Source of the DNA: Patescibacteria group bacterium UBA3533
Lineage (GTDB): Bacteria; Patescibacteriota; Minisyncoccia; Phycocordibacterales; Phycocordibacteraceae
Length of the DNA: 64,000 bases
NCBI GenBank assembly: GCA_002376865.1
Contig: DFOU01000003.1
Coordinates: 62,572-126,571, forward strand
Direction of reading: 5' to 3'
The position numbers and the translations under genes were made by a program. The notes under the pieces are model-generated. The model was given only the letters and a program-made list of their open reading frames with translations, did no database searches and was not told where the DNA came from. The stretch's first letter is position 1. Every line of letters begins with the position of its first letter. Shown piece after piece: positions 1 to 8,899 of this stretch.

Positions 1-1
1 G

Positions 2-964
2 CATACACTGCTTCTTGCAGAGGCTGGAACTCTCTCTCCTATATCTGTTGAGACAATTCCTGCTCGAGATTTTGAAGATACATTTATTGATGGGGCAGAT
101 ATTGTAATTGCTAATGGATACTATGGAGTGCCAGTTGGTATTGATCCTCTGGTGATGTATTTCAACAAGGCCATGTTAAATAATGCGCGTGTAAGTGAGG
201 CGCCAAAATTTTGGGAGCAGTTCACTGGCCTTGTACCTCGCTTTGTAGAGACAGCAGGAGGGTTCTCAATTGAGAAGAGTTTTGTGGCGCTTGGTGCGTA
301 TGAAAACATTACCCATGCAGAGAAAATACTTGCGAGCTTCTTCTTCCAGGTTGGATCTCCAATTAGAGGTGCAAGCGGGCAGGTAGAACTTGTTGGAGGA
401 GAAAATGAGGATGTGGAGAGTGCGCTTCGTTTCTATACAGAGTTTGCTAATCCAAATACAAGTGCATACAGTTGGAACAAAAGTCTCAAGGAGGATAGGC
501 AGGCATTCCTCGCAAATGATCTAGCTATTTACTTTGCTCCGGCAAGTGAAGGGAAGAGCTTGGCGCTTGCTAACCCAAACATTTCTATTGGTTCTGCGGC
601 ATTTCCGCAGCTTGAGGGAGGGAATTCAGTTGTGTATGGGGATGTGTATGTATTTGCAACACCAAAGGATGCGCGGAATGTAACTGCAGCAAAGACTGCA
701 GCCCTTGCCTTTACAGGAAAGAATGTAGCTGAAGTATTCGCACAGGTGCTTAATATGGCTCCTGTGCGGAGAGATTTGGTAAGCACATCTCAGAATGACC
801 CGCTTCTTGATCTTGCATATGACGAAGCGTTTATTGCAAAAGGATGGCTCTCTCCACAACCAGCAAGAGTAGACACTGTGTTCTCTGCTATGGTTGATGA
901 TGTAGTAAGTGGTAGAAGTGATGCGTTAGATGCGCTCACAAAAGCACAACGTTCACTAAAATAA
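2..964 (+). CDS. ABC transporter extracellular solute-binding protein (family 1-like), 5' end outside window
   Basis: Open frame runs from the window edge to stop at 962-964. Composition and motifs (GADIVIANGYYGVPVGIDPLVMYFNKAMLN..., KGWLSPQP) resemble periplasmic sugar/solute-binding proteins. Confidence 0.5.
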   Translation, partial: HTLLLAEAGTLSPISVETIPARDFEDTFIDGADIVIANGYYGVPVGIDPLVMYFNKAMLNNARVSEAPKFWEQFTGLVPRFVETAGGFSIEKSFVALGAYENITHAEKILASFFFQVGSPIRGASGQVELVGGENEDVESALRFYTEFANPNTSAYSWNKSLKEDRQAFLANDLAIYFAPASEGKSLALANPNISIGSAAFPQLEGGNSVVYGDVYVFATPKDARNVTAAKTAALAFTGKNVAEVFAQVLNMAPVRRDLVSTSQNDPLLDLAYDEAFIAKGWLSPQPARVDTVFSAMVDDVVSGRSDALDALTKAQRSLK

Positions 965-965
965 T

Positions 966-1397
966 ATGCGTACAATACTCTCAATTCTATTTGGACTTTC
1001 ACTCCTTTTAACTCCAGCTGTTGCGTTGGCGCAAGGTGGAGGACCAACAGGCACAGGTCCAGGGAATACTGGAGGACCAACAGGACCTACTCCAGGTGGG
1101 GGTGGAAGTGTTTCTTGTCCAGATGGTTCTTCTGGTCTTTGTAATCCACTACAAGCTGGTTCTCTAGAAGAATTTCTTACAGCAATTCTAGAGTTCATTG
1201 TTCGTCTTGGAACAATTGTCGTTATTGTGATGCTTGTTGTGGTTGGGTTTATGTTTGTAAATGCCCGTGGAAATCCAGAAGAGATTAAAAAAGCACGGGA
1301 CGCACTCCTTTGGACACTTGTAGGGGGAGTAATTTTAATTGGCGCGTTTGTTATAGCAGAGGCCATTAAGGCAACAGTAGAAGCAATTACTTCATGA
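966..1397 (+). CDS. T4SS pilin-like small membrane protein (TrbC/VirB2-like, CPR type); signal peptide plus Gly/Pro-rich linker
   Basis: 143 aa. N-terminal signal peptide (LLTPAVALAQGG), then two hydrophobic helices around the conserved loop ARGNPEEIKKARDALLWTLVGGVILIGAFVIAEAI. First of four tandem paralogs. Confidence 0.55.
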   Translation: MRTILSILFGLSLLLTPAVALAQGGGPTGTGPGNTGGPTGPTPGGGGSVSCPDGSSGLCNPLQAGSLEEFLTAILEFIVRLGTIVVIVMLVVVGFMFVNARGNPEEIKKARDALLWTLVGGVILIGAFVIAEAIKATVEAITS

Positions 1398-1645
1398 CAT
1401 TTAAAGAGTTCGTCACAAGTCTCATAAACTTCTTTGACACAAGCGTCATTCCTCTTTTATTTGCAATCATGTTCTTCATATTTTTATGGGGAATATTTCA
1501 ATACTTTTTTATAAAGAGAGAGGATCCAGCTGCTCGATCTGAAGGCGCACAGTTTATGTTGTGGGGGATCATAGGCTTTGCTGTAGTTATTTCTATGTGG
1601 GGGCTAGTGCGTCTTCTCTTGGGAAGTTTTGGTATAGGGGTATAA
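1394..1645 (+). CDS. T4SS pilin-like small membrane protein (paralog 2)
   Basis: 83 aa, ATGA overlap with the previous gene. Two TM helices flank KREDPAARSEGAQFMLWGIIGFAVVISMWGLV, matching the loop of neighbouring paralogs. Confidence 0.5.
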   Translation: MTFKEFVTSLINFFDTSVIPLLFAIMFFIFLWGIFQYFFIKREDPAARSEGAQFMLWGIIGFAVVISMWGLVRLLLGSFGIGV

Positions 1646-1675
1646 GATTTATCCACATTAGAAGGGTTATTTAAT

Positions 1676-1700
1676 AATACCGGCCTCTTTGGCCGGTATT
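1676..1700 (+). other. GC-rich hairpin between pilin paralogs 2 and 3 (no U-tract)
   Basis: aataccggcc-tcttt-ggccggtatt forms a 10-bp perfect stem right before the start codon at 1711. Possible attenuator or RNA processing site. Confidence 0.35.
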
Positions 1701-1710
1701 ATGTGTCTAT

Positions 1711-2100
1711 ATGAAAAAGAACACACAAATTTTAGGAATCGGTTCTATCAGCGGATTTGCTGCTTATTTGTTTGCAGTAATGCCAACACTTGCGTACGCA
1801 CAGTTTGCTGGAGATAGCATTGAAGGACTTGTAGAAAGCGTTATTAGTTTTATTAATGACACACTAGTGCCGCTTGTATTTGCACTTGCACTTATCGTGT
1901 TTATTTGGGGACTTTTCCAAAGTTTCATTCTTGGAGGAACAGATCCAGAGAAGCGAAAGGCAGGACAAGATCTTATGCTTTGGGGAATTATTGCATTCTT
2001 CGTAATGGTGTCTGTATGGGGACTAGTTAATATCCTTACAGGAACATTTGGGTTCTCAGGTGGAGAAACTGTAACTCTTCCTGGAGTACAGGAGCGGTAA
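1711..2100 (+). CDS. T4SS pilin-like small membrane protein (paralog 3, with signal peptide)
   Basis: 129 aa. Signal peptide ending TLAYAQ, two TM helices, loop GGTDPEKRKAGQDLMLWGIIAFFVMVSVWGLV. Confidence 0.55.
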   Translation: MKKNTQILGIGSISGFAAYLFAVMPTLAYAQFAGDSIEGLVESVISFINDTLVPLVFALALIVFIWGLFQSFILGGTDPEKRKAGQDLMLWGIIAFFVMVSVWGLVNILTGTFGFSGGETVTLPGVQER

Positions 2101-2104
2101 TTAA

Positions 2105-2371
2105 ATGGATCTAGACGGATTACTTAACGGCATTGTCCGAGAATTAGTAAACCCATTCATTTGGCTACTAACTGGGGTTGCAACGATTATCTTTATCTAT
2201 GGAGTTCTTGAGTTTATGGGAACTTTTGGACAAAGTGAGGATACGCGTGCAAAAGGAAGAAGTCATATGATTTGGGGTATTGTCGGGCTTGCCATTATGT
2301 TTGGTGTGTTCGGAATCTTACGAATTGTATTAAATACATTCGGCTTAGATGCTCCAATAGAATCGTTATAA
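2105..2371 (+). CDS. T4SS pilin-like small membrane protein (paralog 4)
   Basis: 88 aa. Two TM helices, loop GQSEDTRAKGRSHMIWGIVGLAIMFGVFGIL. Confidence 0.5.
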   Translation: MDLDGLLNGIVRELVNPFIWLLTGVATIIFIYGVLEFMGTFGQSEDTRAKGRSHMIWGIVGLAIMFGVFGILRIVLNTFGLDAPIESL

Positions 2372-2380
2372 AAAAGAAAA

Positions 2381-2409
2381 CGGCGGGCCATAAAGGCTCG
2401 CCGTTTTTA
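2381..2409. terminator. Bidirectional rho-independent terminator between convergent genes
   Basis: cggcgggcc-ataaa-ggctcgccg hairpin, flanked by an A-run upstream and ttttt downstream. Confidence 0.6.
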
Positions 2410-2421
2410 GTGTGTGTCAGG

Positions 2422-2832
2422 TCATCGTAAAGAAACAATGTGCACCCGTCCTCGATCTTGAGTTTTGAATTCAAGACGGTTCAGGGGGTAGTAGCATCGC
2501 CGGTGTCCATTAGGAACCGTAAATCTTTCCGATTCCCATCGACGGAGTGCGAAGGAGGTGATATCTCCAACTGCGTTGTCTTCAATGCACTCACCTTGAA
2601 TCCCTTGGACAAGGTAGTGGGTCACAAGGACCTCTTCTCGTCCATGTAGGTAATACCAGGTGAGGTAGAAGGCGTATGCTCCCACTGCTGCTAAGGCGAG
2701 AATTTTCCAGGGGATCCGTTTGATTGAAAACCCTTTCATGTTCACGCCGGCAACTGCTGGCCTCCAGTAAAGGAGAATAATAATGATGACAATCGTGATA
2801 ATTGTCAGAAGGATAAACCACATACTATGCAT
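2422..2832 (-). CDS. Small membrane protein downstream of the SPFH gene (possible NfeD-like partner)
   Basis: ORF with an N-terminal hydrophobic helix (WFILLTIITIVIIIILLYW) and a second TM segment. Start site uncertain (2832 or 2823). Link to SPFH is by adjacency only. Confidence 0.3.
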   Translation of the reverse strand: MHSMWFILLTIITIVIIIILLYWRPAVAGVNMKGFSIKRIPWKILALAAVGAYAFYLTWYYLHGREEVLVTHYLVQGIQGECIEDNAVGDITSFALRRWESERFTVPNGHRRCYYPLNRLEFKTQDRGRVHIVSLR

Positions 2833-3961
2833 CACCCTTCTCCTCTTTCTTGGCAAGAAGTTTTGCTGCCGCTGGTGTCAGAAGGTCTGGCGCCACCACA
2901 ACAGTGTTTCCAGCTTCGCCAACATCTCCAAGAGTTTGAAGTCTAAAGATGTCAATGCCGTCTTTGCGTGCATTTACAGCACCCGCTACAGACTTGTATG
3001 CATCTGCTCTTGCTTCACCATCAACGCGTGTTGCATGAGCTGCAGCATCTGCTTCTATCTTGACCGCATCTGCGCGTCCCTCAGCTTCTGTTCTGAGAAC
3101 ATCAGCTTCGATTGTAGCAGTTGTGCGTCTTTGAGTAAGCTCACGCCACTCGGGAAGCGGGTCAACATTCAGAAGGTACGCGTTTGTAATTGTTATGCCG
3201 TACGTTTCTGCAACCCATTCCTGGATTGATTTTTCCGGATCAGGCCCAGTTTCAGGAACATGTCCATCTTCAGCTTCTATGTCCTGCGGGCATAAAATAC
3301 GGTCAGAGAAACCGCCGCTCTTGTGCCCACTTGTTTTTTCGCTGATCAACTCTTCATAAGTTTTGCTCAAGGCATAGTCCTTGGCGATCTCATTGAGAAT
3401 ACTCTCAATAATTTGAGGCCAATCCTCGTTCATGAAGAGTGCCTTATATGGATTGGTAATCCGTATAATAGCAACATATTCGAGAGTCACTGGAATGATC
3501 TCGCCGTCTTCGCCGTGGGTCTCGCCATCGGGCAGTACCATGGCATAGGGGAAGCGTGTAGCAAAACCAAAGTTAGTTGTCTCGTCAGTACGAGCAACAA
3601 TTTCACTTTTTTTGCCGACTTGTTTTAGTTCACGCCAGGATAATTTATAGCTATAAACTGTCTGGGCGAAAGGCACTCCAACAAGTCTCCATCCGAAGAT
3701 GTTGAATCGATTTTTCTTGTAGTCCGGATCAGGTACTATTTCCCAACGCTCTTCGTCAGGACCAGTGCCTTTGAACTTGTGTCCAGAATAAGCCAAGACA
3801 AAGTGACTAAATTCATTGCCGTTTACAACAGCTTGAAATGTCCCCTCGTCAGGCTTTGTGAAAATTATTCCGTTATCCGCAAAGAGTCTGTCGACCCAAA
3901 GTGGAGAGGTAAGAACCACACCGGTTCCTACCGCAGTCATTGTTGATAGGAGCATAGACAT
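2825..3961 (-). CDS. SPFH/band-7 (stomatin/prohibitin/HflKC-like) domain protein
   Basis: 378 aa. N-terminal TM segment, SPFH-like core, then an Ala/Glu-rich coiled-coil tail (EADVLRTEAEGRADAVKIEADAAAHATRVDGEARADAYK). Confidence 0.75.
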   Translation of the reverse strand: MSMLLSTMTAVGTGVVLTSPLWVDRLFADNGIIFTKPDEGTFQAVVNGNEFSHFVLAYSGHKFKGTGPDEERWEIVPDPDYKKNRFNIFGWRLVGVPFAQTVYSYKLSWRELKQVGKKSEIVARTDETTNFGFATRFPYAMVLPDGETHGEDGEIIPVTLEYVAIIRITNPYKALFMNEDWPQIIESILNEIAKDYALSKTYEELISEKTSGHKSGGFSDRILCPQDIEAEDGHVPETGPDPEKSIQEWVAETYGITITNAYLLNVDPLPEWRELTQRRTTATIEADVLRTEAEGRADAVKIEADAAAHATRVDGEARADAYKSVAGAVNARKDGIDIFRLQTLGDVGEAGNTVVVAPDLLTPAAAKLLAKKEEKGDA

Positions 3962-4088
3962 AGCTCTACCTTTCTTTGTTTCAATGAATTTTCTGACGAA
4001 GATCTCGTCTGTTTATTATTATACCATAAACACTCTCTTTGTCAAAAAGAAAGACCGCTATATAAAGCGGTCTTTCTTTTAATTTTAT

Positions 4089-4173
4089 TGGTGGGGATGG
4101 GGAGACTTGAACTCCCACAGGTTGCCCTACTAGTTCCTAAGACTAGCGCGTCTACCAATTCCGCCACATCCCC
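4089..4173 (-). tRNA. tRNA-Leu (anticodon TAG), type II with long variable arm
   Basis: Reverse complement folds as GGGGATG / D-arm GGCGGAATTGGTAGACGCG / anticodon loop CTTAGGA / long variable arm / T-arm GGGAGTTCAAGTCTCCC / CATCCCC-A-CCA. Confidence 0.85.
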
Positions 4174-4208
4174 ATGTGATCGGTTCGCAGTATATCAAAA
4201 ACTTGCGA

Positions 4209-4283
4209 GTCCGCCCACTAGGACTCGAACCTAGGACCCACTGCTTAAGAGGCAGTTGCTCTACCAACTGAGCTATAGGCGGA
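4209..4283 (-). tRNA. tRNA-Lys (anticodon CTT)
   Basis: Reverse complement: TCCGCCT acceptor, D-arm AGCTCAGTTGGTAGAGC, anticodon stem-loop ACTGC-CTCTTAA-GCAGT, T-arm AGGTTCGAGTCCT. Confidence 0.85.
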
Positions 4284-4327
4284 TATGCACCAGATAGTAA
4301 CGAACTATCAAGATTTTGCAACGTTTG

Positions 4328-4413
4328 TGCCGGGAGCGGGACTTGAACCCGCACGATCATAATTGATCAAGGGAGTTTAAGTCCCTCGTGTCTACCAATT
4401 CCACCATCCCGGC
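4328..4413 (-). tRNA. tRNA-Leu (anticodon TAA), type II
   Basis: Reverse complement: GCCGGGA acceptor, D-arm GTGGAATTGGTAGACAC, anticodon loop CTTAAAC, long variable arm TGATCAATTATGATCG, T-arm GCGGGTTCAAGTCCCGC. Confidence 0.85.
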
Positions 4414-4420
4414 AAGAATG

Positions 4421-4492
4421 AGGCCTGGGCGGGAATCGAACCCGCGCATGGAGGTTTTGCAAACCCCAGCGTTACCACTTCGCCACCAGGCC
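4421..4492 (-). tRNA. tRNA-Cys (anticodon GCA)
   Basis: Reverse complement: GGCCTGG acceptor, anticodon stem-loop GGGGT-TTGCAAA-ACCTC, T-arm GCGGGTTCGATTCCCGC, U73 discriminator. Confidence 0.85.
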
Positions 4493-4493
4493 T

Positions 4494-4817
4494 TTAATCT
4501 TGCTGTGACAGCTCATCAATACGCTGTCTATTTTTTTCTCCTTCGTCAATTTTGAAATCAACGAATGGTAGTACTTTAAACGATATTCTCTGCTTTAGGA
4601 AGGTCCTAAAATCATTTCGGTGTCGCTTAAGGAAGGCAAGTGCTCCTTGCTCATTATCATTTGGGAATACGCTAATGAAGATAGTTGCTTGCTTTAAGTC
4701 AGGGGAGATTGATGCATCTGTTGCGGTAATAAGATTATTTCTATTTGCTTCACGAGAAATAAACTCTCCCGCAATCTTCAGTAGCTCCTCTCTAACTTTT
4801 TCTTGTCGCTCAGTCAT
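4494..4817 (-). CDS. rbfA: Ribosome-binding factor A
   Basis: 107 aa. Placed immediately downstream of infB (the canonical infB-rbfA arrangement). RbfA-like pattern (REANRNNLITATDASISPDLKQATIFISV). Confidence 0.7.
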   Translation of the reverse strand: MTERQEKVREELLKIAGEFISREANRNNLITATDASISPDLKQATIFISVFPNDNEQGALAFLKRHRNDFRTFLKQRISFKVLPFVDFKIDEGEKNRQRIDELSQQD

Positions 4818-6304
4818 TATGATTCAACAATATGGTATGCCTCAATGTAATCTCCTTCAGCCATTTCAACTTTTGAATCAAGCTGTCCTCCAAACTCAGT
4901 GTCTACAGGAACTGAATCTACATCTACTCGCATACTCTGAAGGTTGATAAGTTTTCCTTCTCCAAGTACCACATCTCGTCGTAAGACACGCACGGTACTA
5001 TTTAGACGAACTTCTCCTTCTTTTACCTTTGCTCCAAATACTTGTTTTGTTCCAACTTTGTTGAAAAGACGAATAATCTTTGCTCGTCCAAGGACTTCTT
5101 CCTTTTGTACTTTAGGAGCACGAGAGTTAAGGATCTCTTCTACGTACTCAGCAAGTTCATAGATGATATCAAAGCTCTTAGCTTCAATGTCAGAGCGATC
5201 TGCAAGATCCGCTGCTGCCTTATCGATTCCAGTGTGGAAGGCCACACAGACTCCATTAGGAGCCGCTACTGCAGTTTTAATATCTCCTTCATTAATAGCT
5301 CCAACACCACTATCAAGCACCTTAATGGCGATATTGTCGTGTGAGAGTTTCTTTAGCTCATGCTCGATAGCAGGAATACTTCCAACTACATCAGCTTTGA
5401 TAATAAGAGGGAGGATAGCTCCAGTCTCAGTTTCTTTCTGTTCCAAAGCTTCTTTAGGTACTACAACTCCTTCTTTTGCCAACTTCTCGGCATCTTTCTT
5501 TTTGGCAACGGTAGTGAAAGCAGATCCAACAGTAGGGAGTTCGTTAAATCCAACAATACGAATAGGAGATGAGAATGTTGCAGAATCTATCCGATCTCCT
5601 TTAAAGTCTTCAATAAATCGAATAGGTGCCAGTGTATTTCCTGCAACAACAAATGATCCAGTCTTTAGAGATCCGTTTTTAATGATAAGCGTAGCTGAGT
5701 CTCCTCGTTGCTTATCTTTTGTTGCTTCAAGCACGATTCCTTCAGCTGGAAGAGATTCGTCTCCCGTTAGCTCCTCAAGGTCTGCAGTTAGAAGGATAAG
5801 GTCAAGAAGCTCAGGAATACCTTCTCCAGTTTTAGATGAGATGGGAGCGAAAGGGATATCTCCCCCAAGACCTTCAAGGTAGATTTCATTCTCAAGAAGA
5901 GATGTCTTTACCTTTTCAACATTTGCATTATTTGTGTCTATTTTTGTAATAGCAACAACAAAAGGAATGCCAGCTTCTTTAATGGCGGTGTATGCCTCAA
6001 GGGTTTGAGGTTTAACTCCGTCATCTCCTGCAACAATCAAAATAGCGATGTCAGCAATAACTGCTCCGCTTGATCGCATTGCCTGGAAGGCTTCATGTCC
6101 TGGAGTATCAAGGAAGGTAATCTTCTTTTCTCCATCATCAGTTTTATGAAGAACCTCGTATGCGGATACGTGCTGGGTGATTCCTCCTGCTTCTCCATCT
6201 ACTACGTTTGTTTTTCGAACATAATCAAGCAAAGAAGATTTACCGTGATCGATGTGTCCCATCACGGCTACTACTGGAGGTCGTACTGTTGTTTTGTTAC
6301 TCAT
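4817..6304 (-). CDS. infB: Translation initiation factor IF-2, compact form lacking the long N-terminal region
   Basis: 495 aa. G-domain motifs [28 protein letters not shown]-terminal beta-barrel domains typical of IF-2. Confidence 0.9.
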   Translation of the reverse strand: MSNKTTVRPPVVAVMGHIDHGKSSLLDYVRKTNVVDGEAGGITQHVSAYEVLHKTDDGEKKITFLDTPGHEAFQAMRSSGAVIADIAILIVAGDDGVKPQTLEAYTAIKEAGIPFVVAITKIDTNNANVEKVKTSLLENEIYLEGLGGDIPFAPISSKTGEGIPELLDLILLTADLEELTGDESLPAEGIVLEATKDKQRGDSATLIIKNGSLKTGSFVVAGNTLAPIRFIEDFKGDRIDSATFSSPIRIVGFNELPTVGSAFTTVAKKKDAEKLAKEGVVVPKEALEQKETETGAILPLIIKADVVGSIPAIEHELKKLSHDNIAIKVLDSGVGAINEGDIKTAVAAPNGVCVAFHTGIDKAAADLADRSDIEAKSFDIIYELAEYVEEILNSRAPKVQKEEVLGRAKIIRLFNKVGTKQVFGAKVKEGEVRLNSTVRVLRRDVVLGEGKLINLQSMRVDVDSVPVDTEFGGQLDSKVEMAEGDYIEAYHIVES

Positions 6305-6305
6305 A

Positions 6306-6830
6306 TTATTTCTTTGCTTTAGCTAGCACTGCTTGCTCTTCATCAGTTAGTTCAAATGATGATGTGTATTTCTCAACAGGCTTTGCATAGATGCGCATCT
6401 TGTCGCGCATATAAAGGCTTGAAAGCACCATACCATCCCCATCCTCACTTACAAGGGCAGTGGCAAAACTCTGCTTTCCACCTTCTCCTGTTCCATTAAA
6501 TGCATCAAAACGCATAACAGATGGCATTTGAGCACTTTTCTTGATTCGGGCGTCATATGCGATGAATGTTTCTGCAACTTCTTTGTGAAATTGTTCGGCA
6601 TCTTGCTTGTGCTCTACAAGTAAAGTGATAACCGCTTCAAGATCTTTTCCATTTTTCCCTTTGAAAACCTTTCCAAGACGCACAAAAAGAATAACTACCA
6701 AGATAAGGAGAATAAGGTTAAGAAGAAAAAGGCCTCCTATAAAGAGTGTGGTAGGTGTTGCACTACTAAATACGGTGAGAAGCTCAGTCATAAGAGCATG
6801 GTAGTTGCTCTCTTGCAGTTTTGCAAACAA
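6306..6830 (-). CDS. Hypothetical membrane-anchored protein
   Basis: 174 aa. Single N-terminal TM helix (LFIGGLFLLNLILLILVVILFV), soluble C-terminal domain. No family recognised with confidence. Confidence 0.4.
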   Translation of the reverse strand: MFAKLQESNYHALMTELLTVFSSATPTTLFIGGLFLLNLILLILVVILFVRLGKVFKGKNGKDLEAVITLLVEHKQDAEQFHKEVAETFIAYDARIKKSAQMPSVMRFDAFNGTGEGGKQSFATALVSEDGDGMVLSSLYMRDKMRIYAKPVEKYTSSFELTDEEQAVLAKAKK

Positions 6831-6849
6831 GAGCGTACAACAGTAGGTA

Positions 6850-8022
6850 ATGAGTAAGCGAGTATATCTAGATTATGCCAGCGCAATGCCAACAAAGAGG
6901 TCGGCATTTTCTGCAATGAGACCACACATTCTTAATTTCTTTGGAAATCCAGGAGCAAACCACCAGGAAGGGAGAGAAGCAAAGGAAGCGCTTGAGAAAG
7001 CACGCTCTGACGTTGCAGATGTTGTGAAGGTGAAAAAGGAAGAGGTTATCTTCACATCAGGAGCAACTGAAGCAAACACTCTTGCAATAATGGGGCATAT
7101 AGAAGGACTGCGTCAGCAAGGGCGCACATATAAAGACATGCACGTTGTTACGTCTGCTATTGAGCATGTAAATGTGCTTAAGAGCATTGAGGCATTAAAA
7201 GAGAAAGGAGTATTGGTAAGTATTGTATTTCCAAATGAAGAGGGAATCATCACACCTCAAAGCGTAAGAGAGGTTCTAACGAATAAAACAGTTCTCGTTT
7301 CTGTTCAGTATGTAAATAGTGAGATTGGAACAATCATGCCGCTGCGAAAGATAAAGCAGAAAGTATCTGAATTTAATAAAGAGATTGCAGTGCATACAGA
7401 TGCAGCACAGGCAGCGCTTTTTCTTCCAGTACTTATTGAAAGTATCGGAGTAGACATGATGGTGCTTGATGGGCAGAAGTTTGGAGGACCACGAGGAATT
7501 GGAGCCCTTATTAAAAAGAGGTCTGTAGCACTAGCTCCAATTCTATTTGGAGGAGGACAAGAAGGCGGTATGCGACCAGGGACAGAAAATGTAGCTCTTG
7601 CTGTTGGATTTGCTCACGCACTTGTAGGTGCACAAGAGAATTATGAAAAAGTGGGTGAAGAGATAACAATGCTTCGAAACTGGACCCTTAATGAGATTGA
7701 GAAGGAGATAAAGAATGTGCATTTAAATGGAGACAAGATCAAACGAGTCGCAAACAACATAAACATTTCTTTCCCTGGAAGAGATAGTGAGTACCTTGCT
7801 GCATTTTTAGATAAGAAAGGATATGCAGTTTCTACGAAGATAACCTGTGACAGTGGAGCAGGAGAAGGTTCAGATGTTGTGCGAGTGGTTACAGGAGATG
7901 AAGAAAAAGCACTTTCAACACTTCGAATTACATTAGGTCCGGATCATACAAAACAGCAGATGAGAGGGTTTGTGAAAGCTCTAAAAGAGGGCGTAGAATT
8001 TCTTGACGAGCACACAATTTAG
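6850..8022 (+). CDS. Cysteine desulfurase (class V aminotransferase, IscS/NifS family)
   Basis: 390 aa. Class-V aminotransferase fold features (FTSGATEANTLAI, SAIEHVNVLKS, MMVLDGQKFGGPRGIGAL, PLP-lysine region). Confidence 0.8.
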   Translation: MSKRVYLDYASAMPTKRSAFSAMRPHILNFFGNPGANHQEGREAKEALEKARSDVADVVKVKKEEVIFTSGATEANTLAIMGHIEGLRQQGRTYKDMHVVTSAIEHVNVLKSIEALKEKGVLVSIVFPNEEGIITPQSVREVLTNKTVLVSVQYVNSEIGTIMPLRKIKQKVSEFNKEIAVHTDAAQAALFLPVLIESIGVDMMVLDGQKFGGPRGIGALIKKRSVALAPILFGGGQEGGMRPGTENVALAVGFAHALVGAQENYEKVGEEITMLRNWTLNEIEKEIKNVHLNGDKIKRVANNINISFPGRDSEYLAAFLDKKGYAVSTKITCDSGAGEGSDVVRVVTGDEEKALSTLRITLGPDHTKQQMRGFVKALKEGVEFLDEHTI

Positions 8023-8089
8023 TCGTACATTTTAAGCAGTACAGGCGTAACGATTTGTCATTCTGACGCTTGCTTCGTATACTGCTCTT

Positions 8090-8899
8090 ATGGATATTGA
8101 ACAGCTCTCAAAATCACAATTGCTTCTTCTTACTTTGCTAGTTTCTTTTGTTACGTCTACTGCAACAGGAGTACTTACCGTGTCACTTCTTGAGGAGACT
8201 CCTCAGACGGTGACACAGACAGTAAACCGGGTTGTAGAGCGAACAATTGAAAAGGTGGAGCAAGGAGAAGCTGGAGCAGCTGTTGTAACTCGAGAGACTA
8301 CGGTAGTAGTGAAAGAAGAAGATGTGCTTGGAGATTCTGTAGAAGCACATGCAAGTCGCGTTGTTAGTCTGCATGTTGGAACAACAACAAGCGCGTCTGT
8401 AGCAACAGGACTCTTCCTGCCAAATCAAGGACTGATTGCATCTGGCTCTGATGGGGTCAGTGCAGACGAAGTCCTTATCAAATTTGCAGGAGGTTCTGTA
8501 TTTGAGGGAGAAGTAGTAGAGAATACTGAAAGTGGCATTGCACTCATTAAGCCGGTGCTAGGAGAAGAGGAGGCACTCCCTGTAATCGGAGGATATGAGT
8601 TTGCAACACTTGAGGGAGTACGGCGGGGACAAAGTGTCTTCGCGCTTGGCGCAGGATCTGCGCTAGAGACAGGAATTGTTTCTGTAGTAGAAGGTTCTGA
8701 TATTGGTACAAATCTAGCGCAGTCTCGATTGCCATACGGAACAACACTTATTTCAACGCTCGGAGATATTATTGGAATGCATGTAGCTGTAACCGAAGGA
8801 TCTGGTGCACAGTTCATCAGTGCCGAGGACATTCTAGGAGCAGTTGATGCATACCTATCTTCGCAGCAAGTAGCTGAAGAAGAAAATGCAACCATTTAA
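8090..8899 (+). CDS. Membrane-anchored hypothetical protein with a possible degenerate trypsin/HtrA-like fold
   Basis: 269 aa. N-terminal TM helix. C-terminal half resembles the second barrel of S1C proteases ([21 protein letters not shown]...[17 protein letters not shown]), but the GNSGGP catalytic Ser motif and catalytic His are not evident. Confidence 0.35.
   Translation: MDIEQLSKSQLLLLTLLVSFVTSTATGVLTVSLLEETPQTVTQTVNRVVERTIEKVEQGEAGAAVVTRETTVVVKEEDVLGDSVEAHASRVVSLHVGTTTSASVATGLFLPNQGLIASGSDGVSADEVLIKFAGGSVFEGEVVENTESGIALIKPVLGEEEALPVIGGYEFATLEGVRRGQSVFALGAGSALETGIVSVVEGSDIGTNLAQSRLPYGTTLISTLGDIIGMHVAVTEGSGAQFISAEDILGAVDAYLSSQQVAEEENATI

Noticed and set aside
4130-4360. 76-aa ORF across the tRNA cluster
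   Set aside because: Overlaps tRNA-Leu and tRNA-Lys genes. Chance ORF through structured RNA genes.
5163-5882. 239-aa ORF on the + strand
   Set aside because: Antisense to the conserved infB gene. Ser/Pro/Ala-rich low-complexity translation typical of a spurious antisense frame.
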